Assembly (NCBI RefSeq): GCF_000002075.1
Contig: NW_004797435.1
Coordinates: 902,124 to 966,123, forward strand
DNA: 64,000 bases
Source: Aplysia californica
Taxonomy: Eukaryota
Direction: 5' to 3'
In this document: in pieces, positions 12,101 through 25,600 of the stretch
How positions within the stretch are numbered: the stretch's first letter is position 1
Layout: every line of letters starts with the position of its first letter
The notes under the pieces: model-generated
Databases searched by the model: none
The model's input: the letters and a program-made list of their open reading frames with translations, nothing else
What the model was told of the DNA's origin: nothing
Position numbers and translations under genes: made by a program

Positions 12101-15100
12101 CAGCACCCGCGGACAGCGATTGTGCTTAAATGTACACAACATGTGAGCTTCATAGTCACAAAGACCGGATAACCACAACAGAGGAGCACTTGACAAAGTG
12201 GTTCAATTAACTAATTTTTTTTTACCTCATTTTTCATTTCTTTTCTTTCCATGATATTCTCAGCAGTCTCCTAGAGAATTCTGTTGCTTAAAGGTTATTT
12301 TCAGTATCTTTGGTAATTGTCCAGTATTCATAGCTGTAAAGAAGAGTATCAAATACAGGAGCCCAGATCTAGAAGAAAAAAAGATGCCAAATACCTGTAT
12401 GAACTCGATTGTGGCGTATCCACTGAGAGGAGGCAGCAAAAGTCTTGCCACACACGGTGCACACATACGGTTTCTCTCCTGTGTGACGGAACAAATGGAT
12501 TCTGGCACTGTTAAGAGCCTGTAGCATCTTACCACAGCCTTCCACAGGACATTTGAACAGATCTGTAAGGGAGAGACATCACAAACAGAAGTAAATATGA
12601 TGAAAAATAATCTGAAACAAAGCTATAACAAATGAGAATCATTATTGAAAAATAATAACAGAAAACCTTTCAACAATAGAGAGAGCTGAAAATCAACATC
12701 ATCTGTCATCTGTCACCATCACCACTGTTAACTGTAGGAGCACCACATAAAGCAACCATAGTTCGCCATAGTTCCCCAGATAAGCTGAGTTCAACAATCT
12801 CCACTAACCTTCCTAGACAGCTGACCACAGTGGTATTGGCCTGCCTCTTTTCCTTTTTCCCTCAACTTTATCTTTGAGCACTGATGTTATAGGGTTTGGG
12901 TTTCTATTTGCATGACTAAAATATTTAAGTCAGCGCTTTTCAATTCAGACAATATTTGGGAAATTTTTTAGTTTTAGTAGAGGTTTTACGGCACTCGCAA
13001 CTGCATAAGGTCATATGAGCACCAGAAGATTAGAGGTGTTACAAGAGAGTAACAAACATAAAAAAGAAGAAGGGGAGATAAGGACGATAGATGTTTGATA
13101 GAAAAGAAGAAGCAAACCACGCCAGAGCACCTGCCAACCACCCACATTTCGGAAATTATTAAACTGAAATATTGAAATACTACTAAACTTTTCTGTACAA
13201 ACCTCAGAAAATAAGAAACCTGCAGCCATTTTGAGTAACCCACAAAAAAGAAAAAAGAAAATCCTACACCTTGACTGAAATTAGAACTACTCTTCAAATT
13301 AGACAAACTTTATAACCAACAAACAATAAATGTACATATATACATTACCCTATTTTAGCAGTAAAAATGTGTACATAAATATTTCATTGATTTACTAGTC
13401 GTCCATGCACATATGCACATAAAACTGCAGAGCTTCATAAATGTATCTCTAAGAAGGATAGTGGGGATCAAGTGGTACGATCGAGTCCTAAATGCTCAAC
13501 TGTGAGAAAGAACGAGCCATAGACCAGTAAAGGAAGACATACAGGTGAAGAAATGGAAATGGATTGGGCACACACTGAGGAGACCCCCCCACAAGCATCA
13601 TCAGACACCCTTTGACGTGGAATCCACAAGCAAAACGTAAGAAAGGAAGACCAAAGATTACATGGAGGCGAGCAGTACAAGCGGAAATGGAAAAGGTGGA
13701 AACATCATGGAAACAGCAAGAAAAGGACGCACAGGACAGGCATCGCTGGAGAAATGTTGTAGATGGCGTATGCTCCACTGGGAGTTAAAAATGGCAAGAG
13801 AGAGTATGCACATAGATATTTTATATTTTAGTCATATTACAAATGCATTACTATATTTTACAGCAATATATGTAAAGTTATCTGCTTATCTAATTGGTTA
13901 AAACTTGTAATTGTCCCTTTGGCAATTTCCATTAAGGTGCAAAGCATCTCTACTGTATCTTCCAAACAGAACAGGTATAAATAAATTGTACATATACCTA
14001 AAAAACCCACAAAATAATGCATACAATTTTCATCATTGTCAACAGCAATATATATGAAATACTTATCCTCCTAATCTGGGATAACATATAATGAGTTTTA
14101 ATTTTTCAAAGTAAAATAAAGTTTGAGCTATTTATAATTACTCGTTCTTACTGACCATAATGCACTCTTGAGTGCTTTAGCAGTTTCAGTTGAGTCTGGA
14201 ATGACTGTACGCAGCCCTCGTAGTCACACTCAAAGGGTCGTAAGTCTGCATGCTCCATCATATGAGCTTGGAACCCTTTTTCCAACAAAAATGTTCGCTT
14301 GCAATCCTCATACAGACATCGATATGTTGGATTTGCTGAATCAAAGAACAAAATCATGCCATGATGTAAATCTGACTTTCACTATTGCAGAAAGCTAATG
14401 ATGTGCAAAAGAAATATTCAACTGACCAAACTAATAATTCTAATAATAGTAATAGTACAGTAATAAAAATAATAGTACTACTAATAATAATAGGTAGTGT
14501 CAATTGCCATCGAGTGACACGGTAGCAATAGACAAAAATTGACTTTTTGTCAATTGCCACCGAGTAAATTGGAGCTCTTTTGCGTTTGTGGGTAGATCTA
14601 GCTTATTGTGCTCGAGTGCTNNNNNNNNNNNNNNNNNNNNNNNNNNNNNNNNNNNNNNNNNNNNNNNNNNNNNNNNNNNNNNNNNNNNNNNNNNNNNNNN
14701 NNNNNNNNNNNNNNNNNNNNNNNNNNNNNNNNNNNNNNNNNNNNNNNNNNNNNNNNNNNNNNNNNNNNNNNNNNNNNNNNNNNNNNNNNNNNNNNNNNNN
14801 NNNNNNNNNNNCCAATTTATGTTCCCCGATAATTTCTGCTTGAGTTTGTGTGCGTTTGTGACCTTCTAGGCCTACTTCTAGAATTGCCTGTGTTGGTTCT
14901 ACACCAAAGTGTAGGCTAAGGCTAGCCTAGATCTAGATCTAGATACGTCTCATTGAAAACACACCAAGTTGGTACCGTAGCTCTAGACTAGATGCTCGTC
15001 CAATGAAATTTGTTGAGAACAAATTGACCCATTGGACACACATTATGTATAATGCTAAAGATAGTGTTGTTTTCAGACTTAACACCGCTTCACTCGGTGG

Positions 15101-18100
15101 CAATTGACGCTACCATAATAATAATAATAATAATAATTATAATAATAACTGGCCCTGCCTTTCCGCAGCAGATTCATTACCTNNNNNNNNNNNNNNNNNN
15201 NNNNNNNNNNNNNNNNNNNNNNNNNNNNNNNNNNNNNNNNNNNNNNNNNNNNNNNNNNNNNNNNNNNNNNNNNNNNNNNNNNNNNNNNNNNNNNNNNNNN
15301 NNNNNNNNNNNNNNNNNNNNNNNNNNNNNNNNNNNNNNNNNNNNNNNNNNNNNNNNNNNNNNNNNNNNNNNNNNNNNNNNNNNNNNNNTACTGATTTGTG
15401 TTCACCGCACCTTTTAGCGTTGTGACATGAATGTATGCACTTTGGTTTCTACAGTTAGTGTTGTCATTTATGTTCTGAATGTTCCTGATGAAGCCCATTG
15501 AGGGTGAAATGTTGAACTTGTCATTAAAATATTTTGGAAATACTACCAAGTCTTAGCCGTTTTACTATTTGCTGTACACAATGATGATGATGATGATGAT
15601 GAAGACCACTTCTATGGCACCTACTCCTTAGTGGCTCTAGGTGCTTCAAAAAAACAACAACCCCAGAATACACAGTGACATGTATCATGCCCATTCAACA
15701 TACAACAATCCTCTCAAATACATATGCCCCCATAATGTGATAAAAGAATACAAACACAAAAAGACAATCACTGAAGCCACTGATTACACTCGTCGTTGAA
15801 AGAAGAATCAAACTAACTGGCAAAACAGAATCTAAATAAAGGTGTCTTTGGACCAATTTTAAATGCAGTCAAATGTACTCCAATACCTTTGTTTTCCTCC
15901 ATGAATTTTGTCGCATCAGTTTTATGACTACTGCCAGACCCTTGGTCAATATCACTTTAAAAAGCAGCATTAGTCATAGACTAGCAGTGGCGGGTAAATG
16001 TGATTTATAGGTTAAGCTTTATGCCGACATTGACACATCATAACCATTTAGGGAGTTGGCTGCATCAACCCGTTAACCTGGTTTTGTGAGATATTTTATC
16101 CCAGTAGAATTACAAAGATACTCTATTAAACACCTTCCCCACGCAGGACATAACCTTAGGTATTTGTATGCAAGATGAAGAACACCAACCATCATACCAG
16201 AATCAAATGTGGTTGAAGTGAAAGAGGTAACAGACAAGGAGTAGCAGTCACGTTCTACACTCGCTTGCAGTTATATTCCAGTCACAAAAAACAACAGCTT
16301 ACCTCTATGCCAGGGAATGTGAGCTGTGAGTGCTTCAACACACTGGAACTCAGTACCGCAACCCTCCGCTTTACAGATAAAGATTCCATTCTGTGAAGTG
16401 AACACAATACAAATATACACTTGGTTATCAAAACTTTTTTAAAAAATAGTCTATCATAGTTTACATGTTCAGAAAAAATTACTTTATCCATTTTCCTCAG
16501 CTCATCCAGCAAGAAATGAAATCCCGACAATCATTACAGACAAATTTCGAAAAACAATAAGTTTACATGCCAAAATGGCAGTAATACTGTATGTCCCAAA
16601 AGCAGACAGATATGGCATCAAATACATTTTTAATGATAACATTTGTCGAATTGCACACAGATACCACCCTTGATCTGTTATAGAGAGGCTATTTCTGTTG
16701 GCACAATAAAAACAAAGTGACATGACCAAACTTCATGTTGGTTTGTAAGTCATGATACAGGTCTGGAAATATGTATGTAGGTAGGCATAAAAGTATTTGG
16801 TCAGGATGATAATAATGTGTAGATATATAAGTCAGTATAATACAATGTTTTTGTCTCTTTAGATTTTGATTTGATCCTTATTAGACATTTTTTGTCCATT
16901 TAATGAAATATTGTTACTCTTTCTTTATACTGACCTGCCCAAACATAAAGAGAAGGGAAAAAATGTTTACAGCACCACTCGGTTTACTCCATGCAAAGCT
17001 CAGACAATGACTACCAAAATGAAAGTTCTGAAATGCTATGTATGGTCAACCCTTCTGTGAATGCTGGACAATCACTAAAGACAGTGAAAATAAAATAGAA
17101 GCAACAGAAATGTGGTTTCTTAGGAGACTGCTAAGACTATCATGGAAGGAAAAGAAATCAAATGAGGAAGTGTTTGATGAAGCCCATGTAGGACGCTCAC
17201 TGTTAAAAACAATCAGGAAACGACAAATGCAGTTTTTGGGACACCTGAATAGACCTAAGGGTCTTGAAAATCTAGGTCTCACTGGCAAAATTGAAGGCAA
17301 ACAATAAATGGGTAACAGGGAAAGATCAGGGAAACGTAGCTTTTTTAAGAGCATCTGAGCAAAGGAATGAATGGAGAACCATGATCGCCGATGTCTGTCG
17401 CAGATCTAGCACTGGATGATGATGATGATATTACAACTCATCATACATTTCTAAATTAAATTGGTAAATTGGTAATAATAATATTCATTGAGAATTTTAT
17501 GAGATAACATTTAAAAAAAAAAAAAAAGGAAAGCAACAATAAGGAAAGCAACAGTAGAAAATACACATTCTGAGAATAACAGAGACTCGTAGTAAATAAA
17601 GCTTCAGGAGCTACCTGTTACGTACATTATGTTCATTCACCACAGACATCTCTGTATGGAAGCCACGCATATGCTTCTCCAACTGCTGGATATGAGGAAA
17701 TGCAAGCCCACAAAGTCCACACATTTTCTCTCTGGGCATCGACACGTGAGCTCTGGCCAGATGATCTCTCAACCCCACAGTGTCTTCGTACTCTTTCCCA
17801 CAGCCTTGGAACGGGCACATGAGTTTCGTACACACCAGTGGCACCTGTATCGCTGAATCTGTGTCTGTTCCAGTGTTAACGCGATTGTCTGAATGTCCAA
17901 CAGAGTTGTGAGAGGTCAGCTTGTGGTACCTCAAGCCCCCATAGGTGATGTACTGACTACCGCACCCTTCCACAGGGCAGATGAAATATTTCTTGCGTGG
18001 AACTGGCTTGGCCTGGTGGTCATGGATGTTATGTTTGGATATCATATGCTGGTCCAAGATGCGGGCTTCCACATACTCTTTGCCACATCCTTCCACAGGG

Positions 18101-18708
18101 CAGCAGAACACCTGGAACGTAGGGACATGATGCTATTGTTGATGTTTTCATTACTGTTGTTGTAAAATTGTACTTGTAATTTTAAGTGAGTCCATAGACA
18201 AATAGCTACATTACACCAAGAGCTTGAGTAAAGACAAGCATCAACTGCTGAGAAAAAGCTAGACAGGCAGAAGAAGAACTCAAGAAAAATAACAAGGAAA
18301 TAGAACCCACCAATGGCATTTTCCATCCACCTACAGTGAGTGAGTCAGTACGAAAACTGTCATTTTATACAAAGAACAGAAAAAGAAAATAACATCAGAA
18401 AGAAACAGAGAAGCTGACAGCATCAGAATAACAAATCAACCATTCCACCACAGGCATACCTTTAAGAAAGAAGCACATTTACCCTACAACGGTCATTTAC
18501 TACAGGAAAAGAGCATGATTGACAGACCAAAACAACAGATAGAAAGTAAAGAATTAAGACCTACCAGTGGCACCCTCCAATATTCCCCACCAAGGAACCA
18601 AATACTCACGTGAAAACTCCAGACCAACAAGACCATGTATAAGAGAATGTGTGCATGTGTGAATGTAAGTGTATGTGTGCGTGCAAAAGTGTGGTTGTGT
18701 GTGTGTGT

Positions 18709-18756
<48 letters not shown>

Positions 18757-19556
18757 GTGAACAACTGAATGCATGCGGGCGTGAGCATATTATGTGTGCC
18801 CAAGAACATACGTGTGCCCTCTAGGTGCAACTGTGCACGCTTTTATATGCACTTGCATTGACAGACAGACAAACAGACAAGCAGAGACATAGCAACAGCA
18901 ACAAGGTAACTATTATGTTTGTGCTACATTTCTTTCAATTCTCCTCACTACACGTACAAGACCATTCTTGCTGACATTTTTCCTTGCTCTCCTTTTGATC
19001 TCCCTGGGCTGGTACAGGCCATGTGCTGACATCATGTGATCGTTGAGCAAGTAACGTAGATGGAAAGCTCTCTCACAACCTTCAACAGTGCACCTGTGTT
19101 CCCCTCGAGCTGGAAAATATACAACAAAATGGATTGGAAGTTGAGTTGCAACTTATGGTGAGTCCACATGAGAGAAGCTAGTTTCCACCAGGAACAGATA
19201 TATCTATTTCCACTTAGCAGCAACCCAGATAAGAGCCCTTTCGAAGAAGTTAGTTTCAACAAAAAAAGGTAAAGTTTGAATTTGTAAATATACTGTGGAT
19301 TCCTGTTTTATTATGGTGACTCCAATCACAGAGTGCTACACTGTATAGAAACTGTAGTAATGAATGAATTAACTTTGATCCTTATTTAATAAACAAAGGT
19401 GCATAACATTCTACCACAGTGCCTCCAAGGAGTAGGAAGCTGAGAATATTTTGGAATGAAAAAGAACCAGGTGGGGTAACAAAATGCAAAGTTTATAGAG
19501 ATTTCTTACTGGTAAGGATATATGCTACATAAATGCAATCTTATATTATTACCATT

Positions 19557-19614
<58 letters not shown>

Positions 19615-22600
19615 GTATCATCATTATTATTATTATCATTATCATTTCTACTATCATTATATTTACATTTATATCTGGAAATAAAAAGAATGCAAGCAAC
19701 GGAAATTTTTTCAACATAAAATAAAAGAAGAGTATAAACAATAACAAAATGTCAGTATGTTTTTGGAGTCTCTTTGGTTTCCAAGCAAATGTCTTTCCAA
19801 TACCGGTACACAAATGGATAAAAAGAAAAACTTTAGCAATAAAGAGAATAATAAATGATCCATGATGCAACTCAGCTAGCAGAAAAGCAAAAGAATCAGA
19901 AAAGTGTGAGGGATATCAAGCTAAGGTTTTTAATATCAAGTTCTCTTGAAAGCAAATTACTTAACAGCTGAAACAAGTCATGGAAAGAGAGTTATGTCAG
20001 TTGAGATAAAAATCAAGGTACTGACATCAACATCTTACGAGTCACCTGAAGCCTAACTTTCTGTGCTGACAGGAATGTGTACACAGAACAGCAGACACAA
20101 AAAGTGAAGATACTTCTAATTTAAAAAATCAACTTGCTTCCACGAACTCTAGACACACGTTAAAAACAAAATAATACTCTCTATCCCCTCATACACACAC
20201 CCACATTTTCTACAACACAGTTTCACTTTTAAGGCATCATAATGACATCCATCTCATTGAGCATTTTTTCAGGTGTATATCACAGCATTAACCCAGTCAA
20301 ATGGCATTCTATGTTCTCAATGTTAAATTTTAGGATAAATTGTCTTTAAATAGTTCACATTTCATGCAAACCTGTACATAGCAAATTCTATTTAACTTTT
20401 TCATTTGAAATTAAGGAGAAATAAAGGGAAGTCGGTCGAGGGCAAAATACAGTGGTAGGTCAAATATCAAGAAAGGAAACACAGAACAGACACATACTGA
20501 GTTGACAACAATGACGTAATTATCTATAAGACTATGTTGTTCTCTAGGTCTTCCTACTTACATACATGCTGCCTGTAGTGGAGCACGTAAGACATCTTGT
20601 ACTTGAACGTTTTCCCACAATGTTCACAACAGAAGTTGTTCTCACTGGAGTGGGTGAGCATATGACCAGACAAACCTCCGCATGTTGTATATGCAGCATT
20701 GCAGCCTTCCACAGAACACCGAAAAGGTCGCTCACCTATCATAAGATAGATTGCAATCATTACACACATTTTACACCCATACCAATACAATGTAGATCAA
20801 TTAGGAGGCAAGCTGCTTCAGCTGTACCTGTAAATGCTTACCCTGGCTGAATAGGACACAGTATCCCAACTGGAGCTAATCAATAAATCAACGTCTCACA
20901 CAAGAATTGTACTTGTATTTTCTGTACGCTGCAGCAAAGAGCCTAACCATTACACAAAAGATGCTCTCAGAAGAAAAAGAAGACATAAACTTAGGGCGTA
21001 AATGAGTATACACTGCGTGCCAGAAGGCATAAGTTGTTGAAAACTCCTTCCTACTTTAAATTACAGCATAAGAGGACAAAAACACAAAAATAAGGATTTT
21101 GGATCATCCCTTTTTTTCTGAATTAATTTTGACATCTCAAATTATAGATGAATGAAAAAAGATAAATTGAGCCGACAGGCAAAAGTTGGCAACCATCCCC
21201 CATAAATCCTGCTTACCTAAACTAATATACATCAGACTAACGTGAACACAAGCACTAATAAGACGCACCAGTAAACAAACAAATCAGGATTGACCAGTAA
21301 ACAAACACAAATGAGACTAGACTATTAACCAAAAACACATCAAGCTGACCTGTGTGCTGCCGCTTGTGCTTGGTATATTCACAGGGCAGTCTGAAAGTTT
21401 GGCCGCACCCCGGCTCTTTGCAGACGTATGGCTTCTCTCCCGTGTGAATCCTGTAGTGACACTTAAGTTCGTATCTGTTCTTGAAGGCTTTCCCACAGTC
21501 CGGGTAGTCACAGGGGAATGGGCAGCGTCCATCATGGTGCTGGAGGTGGCGCTGTGAGGAATGGACAAAGGAAAAAACCCAGTGTGATGCTATCGTTTGA
21601 AGTTATGGAATGTCATGAGGGGAAAAAAGTTGGTTTACATTGTATCAAGGACTGCTTACATCAGCATTCAAAACAAAACAATATTAAACACCCAAGATGC
21701 AAACATTTTTCACCCAGTTGACACACTTTAATTAACTGTTTCCGGACGCATCACCGATATATCGGCGCAAGTCCACGCCCCTTGCGGACGTATCACCGAT
21801 ATATCAGCTGTGATAGGGTGCCTCAGTATTGTTTCATTTTAACACGATCCGTCACTTATAATTACTTTTTTTTGCTATTGAAAAACTCGAAAAGCATTTA
21901 GGAAACGAGAACATCTAGTTTCACTTTGTCAAAGCGTGGGTTTGGGGAAAAAACGAGTGAATTAGTTCTTGCAGTCTGGCATCAACAAAACAATGCAACC
22001 GAACTCGGTATAAATTTTATAACTTAAACAAAAATTGGAATATTGTTTTCAAATAAAAAGCTGCGCATTCAGAAATTTATGGATTATGCTCTTGACCTGT
22101 ATATGATAAGATAGCTATGCTGATTCGCTTTCACATGTTTGGTGAATGCAATTTTTTCCAGCAAAATTTATTTTTCTCATCACCATTTCTAAGCCTTTTA
22201 ATGAGTACTTATGTTCAAAATTAATCCTTATTTTATATTGGGATGTATTTCTCATTCAATTTCCTTCAATTTGATGTATCATATGTTACATTTGGAGTGA
22301 TGGTTATGCTTCTATGAAGTTATTTTGTACACAACCTGCATAGCCAAATCGAGCAACAGGTTAATTATGTCTAGACCCCAAAAAAACTACGTCTGAAAAG
22401 AGTTTAAAATGTTTTTTTTATCTAATAGGCATACAAAAGGAAAGTATTCTATGAACAGAATATTTTTTGTGCAGAATGTAGGCCTATACAATTTTAGGAA
22501 GTGGTATATTTCTAAAATTCGTGTTACAATAAGGGGTTCAGTCAATTATAATATTATACTTGGATTTGTCTTCCATTCTCGAAAGCTTTAAACAGATTCT

Positions 22601-25600
22601 ACTGCATACACATAACACTTAAAGATAATAGGTCTAAAAATAATTTAGCACTAATTTAGCACACCATACATTCTAATAATCTTACAATGTTTAATTTGCC
22701 ACTCTTCAAAGTGCTAATGCTTAACAAAATAGATTAACAAAATGCAATTTGCTATACTGAAAAATACCTACAAGCTGAAACATTAAATACAACACATTGC
22801 TGTCACCGGGGAAAAATTCATTCCATTTGACCCTGCTTTACAGGATATGTAAAAACAAAATGGAGTTACTAATTTTCTTGTAACAGTGAGAAACAGCTAT
22901 GTGAGTGAAATTTGATCTGTCTCACCAGGAGAGTATTCCTGTACTTGTATCTTTGCTCACAACCTGGTCTGGGACAGCTAAAAGGTTTCCCAGCTGGAAA
23001 AAAACAACAACAAAAAAACAATGTATACATACATACTTGTAATTACCAACCCTTCAAAAACTTGTTTTAACAAATATGTGTTCATCAATGTTTACAATAC
23101 AGTAGTATAGAGCAAGCAGTTACCAAGCATCTAAGCACTAAGAAAGCAAGGAGCTGTTGAGACATGCCATTCTACCATTTTTATAAATATGAATTAAATT
23201 AATTTTAAAAACAGAAAGCTCATTTCTCACAATGTGAAAATCACCCCCCCCCCTCCCCGAGACTTTCATCTGATCTAACAGTTTGTTGTGTTGTGCTAAG
23301 ACAGATCACACATTATTTACAATCACAGGGCTGACTGGGTTACAATTATATTTGTAAACGTTTTAAGTCCCTATTGACACAGTTTAGGTCATTTAGATGC
23401 TTCAGCCCTGTCTGTTAGAGCCAACCTGGATTTAGTTGCATTCATCAACCCACCACACAGACAGATGCAGATGCTATATAGAGCAACTTTCCTTCTTGAG
23501 AATCGAACTTGCATCTTCTGAGTGCAACAGTGAAGAGCAAAGCTATTACACCACAGTACATGGGTACATCAAAATACAGAACAGACAAGCCTGGAAGGAA
23601 AACAGTACAATAATAGCCTACCTACGTGTGTCCCTTTGTGATGCCGGAGTTCTTGACCTGACCGAAACGCCTTGCCACATGTCTCACAAACAAATGGTCT
23701 TTCGCCAGTATGTTGACGCACATGAAGTTTCTGTCTGCTTCTTGTGGCAAAATACTTATTACAGCCAGGATGAGGGCATTTGAAGGGCTTGCCAGCTGAA
23801 AAAGAAAATGCAAAGGAAAATTTTAAAACTTTCAAACAACTAAAAGCAAGGAAAAAATTACTGTCCCCACCTTGTAAATTATTGCTACAGAACAAAAGCT
23901 TGCATCTCTCTGTAATTTAACTACCATAACAAACTGGAACCTTACATTCACTGAAAGCTACTCTTCTTAGAACTGGATACATGAGCAGAGCCATAACATC
24001 TCGATGACAATACTTGTGCCTGAATACTAAATCCATCTTTCATTAAGCAGCCATAATAAGGGAAAGTCTAAAAATAATTGGGTTGGGTCAGACATTAACC
24101 AAAGCATAGCAGACGCTCAAAGATGTATCACAAGACAAGATTCTAAATAAAAGAAATGTTAAAAAGGAAGCAACAAGCAAAAATAAGGAAAGCAACAAAA
24201 GAAAGTACACATTCAGAGAGAAAAACAGAGTAAGTCACTTCTCTGCAACATACGAATCACTACTGCTACTTTTGATAGTAAATGATTGTATATTGTTTAA
24301 TGCCCTCATCAACACAATTTAGATAATTCAGAACACAGATTGCTTCAACCTTGGCTGAGTATAGTACAGTGTCCCTGCAAACAGACAGAGATACTCTATA
24401 AAATAAGTTTCTTGTGTGGGAACCGAACTCTTCTGAGTACAATGGCAAAGAGTGCTACCGTTACACCACCGACTCCAGCATGCTACCTTAAAAAACCCGC
24501 TGGCTGTACATTTATCTAATGAACGTTATTGTTTCAAGTACAGAAAGCCTAGAACGAATCAAAGTAATTTCAGACTCCATGAAAAAGGGTCAAACCAGAA
24601 GAGAACAATAATCAATACATCTACATGGAGCAATAAACATAGAAAGAACAAATTTGATATAAAAGTCACGGCATTTTTAAAAAAAAAGATAATCTGAGCA
24701 TCAGTTCAAATAGCATTGACCTGAGACATAGAATATAGTCTTCACAGATAAGCATGAACATGGACACATTTAACCAAGAACAAATGAGGAGAACACTAGC
24801 ACCAAAAAGAAGCAGATCATACCAAAGAATCCTCTAACCACCCCCAACACTGACACCATAAAAAAACTCAGAGGTTCTGGACTTTCATCATAGACTAAAC
24901 ACAACATAACACAGCACCCGACACAGCTGGCTGGAGATGGAGAAGATTACCAAGAACAAAGAAAGGCAGAGGGCTCTTCTTGGCAGCCTATACCCAATAT
25001 GAGGGTGAAAGAGGCAAATGAATTAATTATATCAGCACCCACTGTTCACCCTGCAACATTGACCTTATGAAAGCTCTTTCACTCACAGTAGTGATAATGC
25101 CGGATGTGGTTGTCCCACAGATACTTTGAGCTAAAAATCCAGTCACAACCACCCTCCCCACAGAGGTACACCTTGCGGTCTTTCACGTCTGCTAGCTTGA
25201 TGGGCTGTGAATAGGTAAAGTGACCTGACAATTGACTGATATGTTCAAATGGAAAAGAAAAAAGAGAAAGACGGAGATTGGGATAAAGGGAAAAGGTTAA
25301 CAACAAAAGCTTTTAAAACTAATTAACAACTCTGAAAAAATTTACCTCGCATGCAATTTTTCTTATAATGTAAGAACTTTTTTCCACTTCATTAATAATA
25401 CTGGCTTGGCACACTAAAATCAAAGTACCTCTAGTTTAAAGGGAGAATATAATTTCAAGGGTTTTATTTGATTGAAGAAAATTTCTTTTCCTTCTCACAA
25501 AAGCTCTTTACAGCAGGTGAACAGGTATTTCATTCAATAAAATATTATTCTTTTAAGTTCTAATACTAATAGCTTTCTCAGAATTCCACTTTACGACTAA

